DNA of 62,419 nucleotides, counting the filler, from Aduncisulcus paluster (lineage: Eukaryota): NCBI GenBank assembly GCA_024181965.1. It is 4 parts of 4 records of this genome, joined end to end, with 100 filler letters (N's around TTAATTAATTAA, not from the genome) between each part and the next. Parts side by side here need not be neighbours in the genome. Positions count along the whole stretch, not along the records: positions 1 to 27,538 come from BQXS01012651.1; 3 more parts are not named here. One strand, 5' to 3'. Positions 1-10,700 of the stretch are shown in pieces; positions within the stretch are counted from its first letter, which is position 1; each line of letters begins with the position of its first letter. The position numbers were made by a program, and so were the translations under genes. The notes under the pieces are model-generated. The model was not told the DNA's origin. It saw only the letters and a program-made list of their open reading frames with translations, and made no database searches.

Positions 1-534
1 ATGCAACAAAGGATCATGGTATAGAGGCTTTTGAGGGAGAGGGTTCCGAGAAAGTGGAGGGGAACGAAAATATTCAGTGAAAGAATCATGGCTTCTAGAA
101 CTATCGATCAATGGTCCAGGATCCCGCCGCTTATATATGTACTTCATAGAATTTGTATTGGAGGATATGCAATATGAATTAAACTAAGGGAACTTTTCAA
201 TAAAAAGGCTAGAAAAAGCAAATATTATTAAGATAAGCTAATAATAAAATATTTGTGGACACTCAATTACAACGTACTTACTATTTGTGTAAAATCAACA
301 AAAAAAATATTAAAATATATTTCCTATGGTTACAAAATGCAATTCCAATTTTTGTTTGTCATAATTCATGAAATAAGTTTATTTCAAAAATAATAATAAA
401 CTAAATTAATATTTGGTTAATATATCACCAAGAATATTCTCAAATATGTTCCCCATTTTCTTCAAATGGAAATATAATCCAAATAAACGTTTTTTGAGAA
501 GACTACTAATATCAAGTTTTATATTTATTATGTT

Positions 535-2622
535 ATGTCAGATTTGACAACAATTATTCAGAGTTTTGATGAAATTCTCACAAAGTTGGAAGAAATACCC
601 GAATCAAAAGAAACTAAAGATGAAGAACTCATGACACTTCAGAAGGATCGTTCTCTTTTGGAAGATAAAGTGCGTTCCCTTGAAAAAACAATACAGACTC
701 TTGAAGAAGACAATGCCAAGAAGGATGCAATTATTTCGAATCAAAAGAAAATATTCCAGGAGAAATATGATAAAATAATTCAACATGTGAAATTAGATTC
801 AATTTCTATCAAAAGAGATCTTGCTGAGATTCGTACACGTGATGTTCCTCTGAAAGCCAAGATTAAAGAACTTAAATTAACAAATGCTGATCTTCTGAAG
901 CAAATAGCTCTAGAACAAGAGAAACTCAAGACTTCTCAGGATAATAATGATTCATTGGCCAAGAAGGTCGAAGCCCTCACACAAAGTTGCCAATCTTTTA
1001 AACAGAGAGAAACTGAAATCGAAGCCGAGATTAAAGAACTTAAATTGGCTAATACCAAGCTCTTGAAGCAAATAGCTCTAGAACAAGAGAAACTCAAGAC
1101 TTCTCAGGATAATAATGATTCATTGGCCAAGAAGGTCGAAGCCCTCACACAAAGTTGCCAATCTTTTAAACAGAGAGAAACTGAAATCGAAGCCGAGATT
1201 AAAGAACTTAAATTGGCTAATACCAAGCTCTTGAAGCAAATAGCTCTAGAACAAGAGAAACTCAAGACTTCTCAGGATAATAATGATTCATTGGCCAAGA
1301 AGGTCGAAGCCCTCACACAAAGTTGCCAATCTTTTAAACAGAGAGAAACTGAAATCGAAGCCGAGATTAAAGAACTTAAATTGGCTAATACCAAGCTCCT
1401 GAAGCAAATAGCTCTAGAACAAGAGAAACTGAAGGATTGTAGAAGCAAAAGTGATTCCTTATCTGAAAAGATCGAATACCTTTCCCAATGTTGCCAATCT
1501 TATGAACAAAGAGAAACTCAAATAAGACAATATTTTGAATCTGAAATTGCCAAATTATCAAAACCTCCTTCTCAATCTATCTCAATCGGCACTGATGAGA
1601 TCCCTTCTTTGTCAAGAAGTTGTCAAGTTTCTGAACCCGATGTAAGCGTTGATCATAAGATTATCCAGGCCTTCGAAACAGATTCTCATTTATTATATCA
1701 CTCCATAGGAATCCAAGCATTCGAGACAGATTCTCATTTATTACATCATTCTTTTGGAATCCAACATGTGCCCCTCACAACATTCGTATCAACTCAAACA
1801 TTAACTCATATCAAGGAAGTTCATCATTCCGAAACTCAAACATGTGTACCCATTCAAATTGATTCAAATGAATTGAGTGAACTGAAAGCCAAATATGATA
1901 TGATAAAAGGTGAACACAGTGTGCTAAAGTCTGAATTGAGTGAACTGCAATCTGAGTATGATTTGTTAAAAGGTGAATTTGGAGAACTAAAACTTAAATA
2001 CGATAAGAAAGTCGATGAGCTTATGAAGATTCGGACAGTTTTTGATGAAATCACACAAGAAGTTCATGAAGTGAAATCTTTAAGAGAGAAAAACGGAGAT
2101 CTTGCTGAAGACAATGCCTCTTTACGGCAGGATAATTTCAAGCTCCAACAACACTTGACAGAGACCACATCTTTAAATACATCAATGAAGTCAAAATTGA
2201 AGGAATATGAACAGTGGGCAGCGGAGGTTGAGATTTACACCAAGAAACGTGACTCTCGAATCGATGAGCTTGAGGCCGAGAACTCAGCATTGATGCATCG
2301 TGAGGACTCATTGAAATCGAATAACCGTGATCTTGCTGAGAAAGTATCTTCAGTTTCCCAAGAACTTGTTGAAAAATCAAGCTTGCTTCAAAATGCAGAG
2401 AAGTGGATTAAAGAAATGAAGATGGCCATGGAAAAGGTTCGCATTGAGGTTTCTGAGTTGTGGGAACAAAACAAAGCCATTCGAACTGAAGCGGACGAAG
2501 AAAGGAGAATGAAAACAATAGCTCTTGAGAGAGTTGCTGCATTGGAAGATTGTGTTGAAAAAGAGAAGCAAAAATGGAGGAAACAAAGGGAGAAACTGAT
2601 GCAAGCAATTGAAAAAGAGTGA
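535..2622 (+). CDS. Long coiled-coil protein (695 aa) with internal 56-aa tandem repeats
   Basis: ATG-TGA ORF with AT-rich flanks; heptad-rich E/K/L composition; internal repeat LLKQIALEQEKLKTSQDNND... Confidence 0.85.
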   Translation: MSDLTTIIQSFDEILTKLEEIPESKETKDEELMTLQKDRSLLEDKVRSLEKTIQTLEEDNAKKDAIISNQKKIFQEKYDKIIQHVKLDSISIKRDLAEIRTRDVPLKAKIKELKLTNADLLKQIALEQEKLKTSQDNNDSLAKKVEALTQSCQSFKQRETEIEAEIKELKLANTKLLKQIALEQEKLKTSQDNNDSLAKKVEALTQSCQSFKQRETEIEAEIKELKLANTKLLKQIALEQEKLKTSQDNNDSLAKKVEALTQSCQSFKQRETEIEAEIKELKLANTKLLKQIALEQEKLKDCRSKSDSLSEKIEYLSQCCQSYEQRETQIRQYFESEIAKLSKPPSQSISIGTDEIPSLSRSCQVSEPDVSVDHKIIQAFETDSHLLYHSIGIQAFETDSHLLHHSFGIQHVPLTTFVSTQTLTHIKEVHHSETQTCVPIQIDSNELSELKAKYDMIKGEHSVLKSELSELQSEYDLLKGEFGELKLKYDKKVDELMKIRTVFDEITQEVHEVKSLREKNGDLAEDNASLRQDNFKLQQHLTETTSLNTSMKSKLKEYEQWAAEVEIYTKKRDSRIDELEAENSALMHREDSLKSNNRDLAEKVSSVSQELVEKSSLLQNAEKWIKEMKMAMEKVRIEVSELWEQNKAIRTEADEERRMKTIALERVAALEDCVEKEKQKWRKQREKLMQAIEKE
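895..1430 (+). repeat. 168-nt coding tandem repeat, about 3.2 copies
   Basis: caaatagctctagaacaagag recurs at 901, 1069, 1237 and 1405. Confidence 0.95.
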
Positions 2623-2793
2623 TATTCTCAAGTTCTATAAATATTATTTATTAAATAATAATATTAGTAGGTTAGTTCCGAAGACAAATTTTCGTTTATT
2701 AAGTAAATTTACAATTTGTGAGAGATCTAACACGTCAATTTGAAAATTGAATTTTCATTTTTGAAGGATGACTTGTTAATCCATTTTTTCAAT

Positions 2794-3789
2794 CTATTTT
2801 ACTGAGGGTTGCAATGAGTATAAATATTTTTTGTGAACATCCATTTCAATACCCATATCAGTGATATCAACCTCACGAAGAAGTCTTGACAGTTCCTCTG
2901 ACCCAGCCATAACCAATTCAAATGCTTTATCTTGTAATGCACGAGAAGAGGCAGCGTATTCTGTATATGACTCAACCTGTTTCGAACTTCGAAGGGTTGA
3001 ACTTGTTCCCCTCTCAGAATCATATATAGAAGTTGGAGAGTACGAGAGGTCTCGCCCATATTCCCCGTACTCTCCATGAATAATACGCAATCTTCTCTGA
3101 ACCTCCAAAAAATTACGTAATTTATCAGCTTTCTCCTCGGCTTTTCTCAAGGATCGTTTCAAAGCAAGGGTTTTTTGAGTAGCTTCATTATCGTTTTTCT
3201 GTTTCACTGATCGAGGGCGAGATACACACATATATCCGGGTTTATCAAGCAGTAATGATGCCTGTACCGATGGAGACCTAAAAGAAGATGAAGGCACCCT
3301 TGATTTTTGCAGAAAATGAGTGTCATGATGATGTGGAGTAGATTCGCGAGGATATATTCTCCGTCGGTCATCATAAAATGAATGTATATTTGTATTAAGC
3401 TTTATATATGGTTTTCTTTTTGGCTGTTGTAACGATAAGGAAATTTGTTCAGGTGAAGAAGGCGTAGGTGAGCGGTGAAGTGATGTTGAATATGCTTTTG
3501 TGCTCTTTGATAATCTTATTGTATCATGCGGATCGATTAAAGGTTCAGGATTAGTATATTTCTCTTGAAAATCCCTATACGAATTTTCAATCTGTTTTCT
3601 CGAACGAGAGAAAGAATCTATAGAAGAATGAACATCTTCTAATCGTTGATGAGATATTTGTTGGCGTGATTTTTCTTGTTGAAGCCTCAATGATTCCTTA
3701 AATCGCCTTGAAGTGTGAAAAAAATCATTTTGAGGGCCTTGATCATCTATAAGAGATTTCTTTAGTTTTTCTAAATCAAATTCTTCCAT
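2794..3789 (-). CDS. Hypothetical protein (331 aa) with short coiled-coil segments
   Basis: ATG-started ORF bounded by AT-rich intergenic DNA; no recognised motif. Confidence 0.75.
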   Translation of the reverse strand: MEEFDLEKLKKSLIDDQGPQNDFFHTSRRFKESLRLQQEKSRQQISHQRLEDVHSSIDSFSRSRKQIENSYRDFQEKYTNPEPLIDPHDTIRLSKSTKAYSTSLHRSPTPSSPEQISLSLQQPKRKPYIKLNTNIHSFYDDRRRIYPRESTPHHHDTHFLQKSRVPSSSFRSPSVQASLLLDKPGYMCVSRPRSVKQKNDNEATQKTLALKRSLRKAEEKADKLRNFLEVQRRLRIIHGEYGEYGRDLSYSPTSIYDSERGTSSTLRSSKQVESYTEYAASSRALQDKAFELVMAGSEELSRLLREVDITDMGIEMDVHKKYLYSLQPSVK

Positions 3790-4156
3790 AATATCAAATA
3801 ATTATCATATATTGTGTTTGTTTTAGACCAAAACCACAAAATATCACCCAATTTTTCGTTTCAAATGAGAAGATCTCCAATTTTAATCGATTAACCAAAT
3901 TAAAATGTTTTAAAACACATTATTATGATTTATTAATTGCATCTCAAGTCAAAATTTTTGAATTTATTGGGCAGCAATAGCATCTAAATAAGAAATCGAT
4001 CTAGCACCCGCAATAATAAAAAAACTAAGAAGAAAATAAACAAAATCACAATATATATTAATATAAAGGATATCTCCTGAATAAATAGAAAGATTGAGAG
4101 TTGGAAAGGCTCATATACATTCTTTCCCTTTTCTTTGTGGAAGTCTCTTTATTTCT

Positions 4157-6686
4157 ATGCCTGATATAGATAGAAATGGAAAAAGAAGAACTTCAGGAAT
4201 AGAATCCCAATGGGAATCTCTTGATGACGACGTTGATGCTCAAACTAGTACACCAAAAAAGAAACCCACCTTTCCCCTTCCCAAAGATGCCTCTTCTAAA
4301 AAAACCAAGGGATCTCGCAAGAAGTCGAAGAGTTTAACGGAAGATAACACAGTCTCTTCTGAAAAAGAGACCACATTGGATTCACGGCTTGACTTCTATT
4401 TCAGCAATCCGTCAAAATCAAGTTCGAATGATCGTCAAGTTAAATTGTTGACTGGGCGTATTTCTGAACTTCAAGATACCAATGCAAAACTAAAAAAGAC
4501 TATATCTCGTCTGGAAGCTGAAAAAGCCACATTGGAACAATCGAAAAGAGAACTTGAAAGCTCGTTTGTGTCGTATCGTTCACATGTAAGCAATCACATG
4601 TATCGTGCTCGATTGTCTGTTGATACCATGCTTGTTCAGCTTGCCTGGATGGAAAGAAAGGCTTGTCGAGATGCCATTGAAACTGGTCACAAGAAGTTTG
4701 GTCGTTCATATGCCCCTTCTGCTCAATATACAGGGAAGTCTTCCTGGATTGGTGGACCCGAGGAAGAAGAACTCAGGGAACAGCTCAAAAGTGTCGAGTG
4801 TGAAATGCAACGACTGGAAACACTGAAGAAACTAGTCAAAAAAGAGGAGAAAGAGCGGGAGAAAGAGAGGAAGAAGAGAGAGAAGAGAGATTTGAAGAAA
4901 TCTTCATCGTCTCCTTCTGGTACAGTATCTGGAGAAGATCTTTCTGGGGGTGAGAAAGAGAAAGATGAAGAAGATAATCAGGTTTCATGTCCATCTTCTG
5001 CCTCAGGATTCTCTCGAATGTCAGAGAATGTTCTTGCTGCCTTAGATCTGAAGAAAGAGAGGCTGAAAAAACAGAAACGAGCATTGGTCGCATCTATCTC
5101 TGCCATTGACAAGGAGAGACATTCATTCGCCCTTGAAGCTCGCAGAGTTGAATTGGAGAAATCTTCATCGTCTCCTTCTGGTACAGTATCTGGAGAAGAT
5201 CTTTCTGGGGGTGAGAAAGAGAAAGATGAAGAAGATAATCAGGTTTCATGTCCATCTTCTGCCTCAGGATTCTCTCGAATGTCAGAGAATGTTCTTGCTG
5301 CCTTAGATCTGAAGAAAGAGAGGCTGAAAAAACAGAAACGAGCATTGGTCGCATCTATCTCTGCCATTGACAAGGAGAGACATTCATTCGCCCTTGAAGC
5401 TCGCAGAGTTGAATTGGAGAAATCATGTCGTTTCAGTGAATTCCCTGCTATTCCCATTGCCCCAGCTCCCGAAGAAGCCACTTCTGGACCCTCTTCTTCT
5501 TCTTTCCTCCTCCTCTTCGTATTTGTCTGATGTGGTATGTTACACGCCTTCCATGTGTGGGTTCGGCCAAGATGCAGGTCTGTTCACATCTGTCCTTGGG
5601 CTGACTCCAAGAATATGCCTCCAAACAGGTGTTATGGTCGGGATAAGCGGACTATGTGATGGAACGACTTTGCATCATGGTGGAAGTACAATTGGGGAAG
5701 CAAGTGGAGACTCTGAAGTGGGATCTAGTGCTACAAAATCCTTTGATACCCCTGAGAAAAGAGCCTTGTTACACTCTTCTCTTATTCCTCTTTCTTCATC
5801 GTCTGTTCAAACTCCACCTTCCTTTGACCCTGACATTCAGAGGTTCCGTCTCGTAAAACTTCTTGGTAAAGGTGGGTTTGGAGAGGTTTACCTTGCGTTT
5901 GATTTGTGTGAGATGAGGTTCTGTGCAGTTAAACTCAGTGAAATATCCTCAACGTGGAGTCAGAATCACCGTGCATTCTTTGTGCGGCATGCTGTTCGTG
6001 AGAGTGATGTTCTCAAGACTTTGACATCGATGACCCATCACAACCACGTGGTAAGGTTGTACGACGGTTTCACTCTCGGAGATGATTGCCTCGTCCTTGT
6101 CCTTGAGTATTGTGGTGGAGGTGATCTATTCAACTATATGCGGAGCTGTGGTGGGAAGTTGAGTGAAAGTGAAGTGAAAGGGATCGTTCGCCAGGTCTGC
6201 TCTGCCCTTTTCCATCTCCATTCAAATAATATTATCCATTATGATCTCAAACCAGCCAATGTATTGTTTGACTGCAATGGTATTGTTAAGCTGACTGACT
6301 TTGGACTATGTAAAGTGATTCCCAATGGTGCCTCGGGCATTGAGGCCACCAGTCGTGATGCAGGGACCTTCTTCTATCTCCCGCCAGAGGTGCACACATC
6401 GTCAACACTCACACCCACAGTGGATACTTGGAGTCTTGGAGTGATGACATATGAAATGCTAATGGGGACCCGACCATTTGGTCTTGGATCTGTCACACAG
6501 GATCACCTCAGAATGTCTGGAATGGGTGCATTCGTTAGTGATGCACTCGAGTTTAGTTCAAACATTGGTCCAGATGCTCGGCAATTCATTGAGGGTTGCT
6601 TGAAATTCAATCCATCTGAGCGGTTGAGTTCAGAGAAATGTTTGGCTCATACTTGGCTCTGTGAAACGGGGAAAAAGAAGAAATGA
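4157..6686 (+). CDS. TLK: Tousled-like Ser/Thr kinase, split across two frames near 5500; contains a 261-nt internal duplication
   Basis: N-terminal coiled coil with a RKACRD...FG...W.GG segment; kinase motifs LLGKGGFGEVYLAFDL, HAVRE, IIHYDLKPANVL, TDFGLCK, AGTFFYLPPE resemble the Tousled family. Confidence 0.8.
4896..5424 (+). repeat. Exact 261-nt tandem duplication inside TLK
   Basis: 4901 tcttcatcgtctcc recurs at 5162; AGAAATC microhomology at the junction. Confidence 0.95.
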
Positions 6687-7765
6687 AATTACAATTTCAT
6701 TTAATTCAGAATCTCATTTTTTTTTTGATTTTTCTCTTTATTCCGATTATTTTTTCTTCAATGCTTATATATGAGTGAGGTCATTTGTTGCTTGAAACTG
6801 AGAATATGTGAGTTATTACTGCAAAAATAGATATAATTTTGGAACGAGAATATACGTTTAATTTTGTATCAATCTTCAAGCTAAATAATAGATATCCTGA
6901 AAGAAAGGAATTTTGATGTTTATTGGAGATTCCGAATAAGAATCACATTAAATTAGACCATACCCCAATAGAATTAAAATTAAAATTTATTATGAATGAG
7001 AAACAATCAGTATCTTCAAATATTAGAGGAAAAGAATGAAAACATGCAAATCGTTCGTGTTAAACATGAACTGAATTGTCAAAATATCGTCAAGAAACTG
7101 ATGGATCGAGTAGTGGCACAATATGAAAAGGGAATTAGGCTCAAGGAAACAACCGAAAGGCTTCAAAATAAAAGGATAATAATAAAATACCGAGAATGAA
7201 TTCCAAGTATAACTGAACAAAGAAAAAAAATAGTCTTTCTGAGCAAAAACTATGAAGAGAAATCTCCTTTTCAAATGAAGAATCAAAAATATAAAAATAT
7301 AATAATAAAAAAAAACCATCTTGGAGAAAAAAAAGTTAAATTTGGGGGAAATAAAGAATTCCACTGATCTTTTGGAAAAAAAAAAAAAAAAAAAAAAAAA
7401 TTAAAAAAACGAAATATAAAAACAGACATTAAAATTAAACCCCAAATAAACCAAACGCTGATGTATTATAAATCCGCAAAAAATAGAAAAATATATATAT
7501 AAAAAGTCAATAAAATATAGAAACCCGAGAAATCCCACATAGGTCTAACATTCGAGCTAGATCAAGAGCAATAAAAAAGAATAATAATAATAATAAAAGA
7601 AACTATAATATCTAAAAATAAAAAATGAAACTGAAAAACGATTTCGAATTAAATGGGAATTTCTGTCCAAAAAAAATTATAGGAATATAAAACCACACAA
7701 AAGTGGCTTGCAAACAGGAAAACGATTATAAAAGGAGAATTATCAAATAAAATATAATAAAATAA

Positions 7766-10700
7766 CTAAAGTAATGTCGTTTTGACCCTTCGTTGATCAA
7801 AAAAGACACAAACTTCACTTCCACCAGAATCGTCAACAGTAACCTCAGGCTTCATGGATAACGAATGTGGGAATACTCGAGATGAGAGAGACTGGTCTTG
7901 GGAGTGTCTCTTCTCTGAGATCTGTTGTTTACCTTTCCTCTTTAGTTTTTTCTTACTCTTTGTGGTCGATAGTGCAGATTTCTTCCCTGTAGACTCCTTC
8001 GAAAGAGTCCGCAAACTCTCTCGTTTTTCTTCATCAAGTCCACGGATACTGGTTAGCCCACCCATCGACATGGAAGGTGTGAGGGTCAGGCTTGGGGAAG
8101 CAACATCATGCATCGCTTGCAAAGGAGGAATCTCATCTTCAATTTCTAAGGTCAGAGCGGTTGTTTCCTTGTTGGTTTCTCCAGAACAACGGGTCAGACG
8201 TGCATGGGGAGAGCCAGATTTCTTTTCATCTTCTATTTCTTTGCCCAGAGAGTTAATCACACATCGCAACGTCACAGAAGCGTCATGTGAAGACGATGAA
8301 CTGATAGAAGATATGCAGTTTGCACCCATCCCTTCCACTTGAAAATGGGGTGGGAACATACCTTGGCGAGGGTTGGAAGGGTGAGAAGAAGATGAAACGT
8401 GGGAACGGTGAGAAGAGGATGATCTGGATTGTTCTTGAACGGAATTATTATTTTTAGAGTTCACAAGAACGGTCTTGACAAATTGGGCTTTCTTACCCTC
8501 ATCTCGAGTCGAAGATGTAGATCCACAACTTTGATCGGCACACTCACTCGCATCAACTTTGATATAATTCTTCGATGATACGATTGGAGGTTTCNNNNNN
8601 NNNNNNNNNNNNNNCAGGCTTGGGGAAGCAACATCATGCATCGCTTGCAAAGGAGGAATCTCATCTTCAATTTCTAAGGTCAGAGCGGTTGTTTCCTTGT
8701 TGGTTTCTCCAGAACAACGGGTCAGACGTGCATGGGGAGAGCCAGATTTCTTTTCATCTTCTATTTCTTTGCCCAGAGAGTTAATCACACATCGCAACGT
8801 CACAGAAGCGTCATGTGAAGACGATGAACTGATAGAAGATATGCAGTTTGCACCCATCCCTTCCACTTGAAAATGGGGTGGGAACATACCTTGGCGAGGG
8901 TTGGAAGGGTGAGAAGAAGATGAAACGTGGGAACGGTGAGAAGAGGATGATCTGGATTGTTCTTGAACGGAATTATTATTTTTAGAGTTCACAAGAACGG
9001 TCTTGACAAATTGGGCTTTCTTAACCTCATCTCGAGTCGAAGATGTAGATCCACAACTTTGATCGGCACACTCACTCGCATCAACTTTGATATAATTCTT
9101 CGATGATACGATTGGAGGTTTCTTCATCGTTCCCTTGGACTTGGGGGTAGAAACCTCAGGAACAATCATAAGAGATTCCCTGGGAGACATCCCAACACTT
9201 GACACATCTGTGATCTCGCTCATTTCATCCTCTTCTTTCACAGTGACACACACACGCTCCCCAAGAACGTCTACAAGATGGGTCGAATGAACACGACGCT
9301 CAATTGAACGGCTCCTGGAGGAAGACCGGGAATGGGAACTTGAAGAATGATATTGGTGAAGTGAGTGCTTCTTGCGGCTCTTCCTTCGTTTCTTCGGGGT
9401 TTCTTTATGTTGATCGTGAATATTGGTGGGCTGTTCTTTCACAGAGACAGAACTAGACGATATATTATTGTTGTTCGAATCGTCAGAAGGCGTGGACGTA
9501 ATAATCTCACCAATGACAGGCGGACTGTCAACCTGAAAAGTTGTATACACGGGGGAAGCCTGGGACATGGAAGATGGGCTCTGAGGTGTCTGAAGATGGG
9601 AAGAAATATCCTCATCGGAATAGTACATGGCCGTATTTCTGTTCGATTGGATGGAATCGTGAGGTTCGGTCAACGGAGGAGACGGAGAAGCACCGGGTGA
9701 AGAGCAAAGAGAACGAGTGTGTCGTTTACCAAGACGAAGAACTCGAACATCGCGGACGGATTGCATTTCTTTAGCAAGAGAATGATCCTCATCAACATCT
9801 TGGGGATTTTGTGATGATGAATGGAATCTATCAGCAGAAAGCGCCTTGGAACTGCTTTGAATGGACATACAAGGGGATCCAATGGTGGAAACTGGCATCG
9901 AATAGGCATGATCTCCGTGAGAAACAAACTTATCAAGGTGAGAAACTCCTATTTTGGGACTTGTAGGAGTAGATATCGCCAGAGTTGGTTCGTCCTGTAA
10001 GCTAACACGATTATTATCCGCCTCTAACTTCTTTTTCTCCCTTTTATGACGTTGATAATGTCTTTTCTGCTTAGCTTTCATTTCTCTTTTCTTCATTCCC
10101 TCTTCTTCCCTTCTCTTCCACCCTTCTCCTTCATTCTCAATGATCTGAGTCATCACACGCCGACCAGAAGCTGCACTCCTAACCTGATGTTGGGACATTT
10201 GAGACGGAGCATATGGAACGGATGGCGAGCGAGAGAAAGGATGGGATGGGGAATGTCTTGCNNNNNNNNNNNNNNNNNNNNGCTAACACGATTATTATCC
10301 GCCTCTAACTTCTTTTTCTCCCTTTTATGACGTTGATAATGTCTTTTCTGCTTAGCTTTCATTTCTCTTTTCTTCATTCCCTCTTCTTCCCTTCTCTTCC
10401 ACCCTTCTCCTTCATTCTCAATGATCTGAGTCATCACACGCCGCCCAGAAGCTGCACTCCTAACCTGATGTTGGGACATTTGAGACGGAGCATATGGAAC
10501 GGATGGCGAGCGAGAGAAAGGATGGGATGGGGAATGTCTTGCGGGGCCAGTATTGCCAGGAACTAGGCTTGGAACAAGTGTGCAAGAAGGAATCGAAAGA
10601 GTAGATCGAGAACCTTGGTGAGAAGAAGAAGAGGAAGAAGAGGAAGAAGAGAGACCCGATGTCTTCTGAGCAGCTAATAGTGACAGAGAAGAAGACGTGA

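Noticed and set aside
8087..9124. Direct repeats flanking 20-N gaps (also at 10262, 19385, 33926, 37126, 47473)
   Set aside because: Typical unmerged overlapping contig ends. Collapsing them restores frames; isolated single-base differences may be alleles or end errors.
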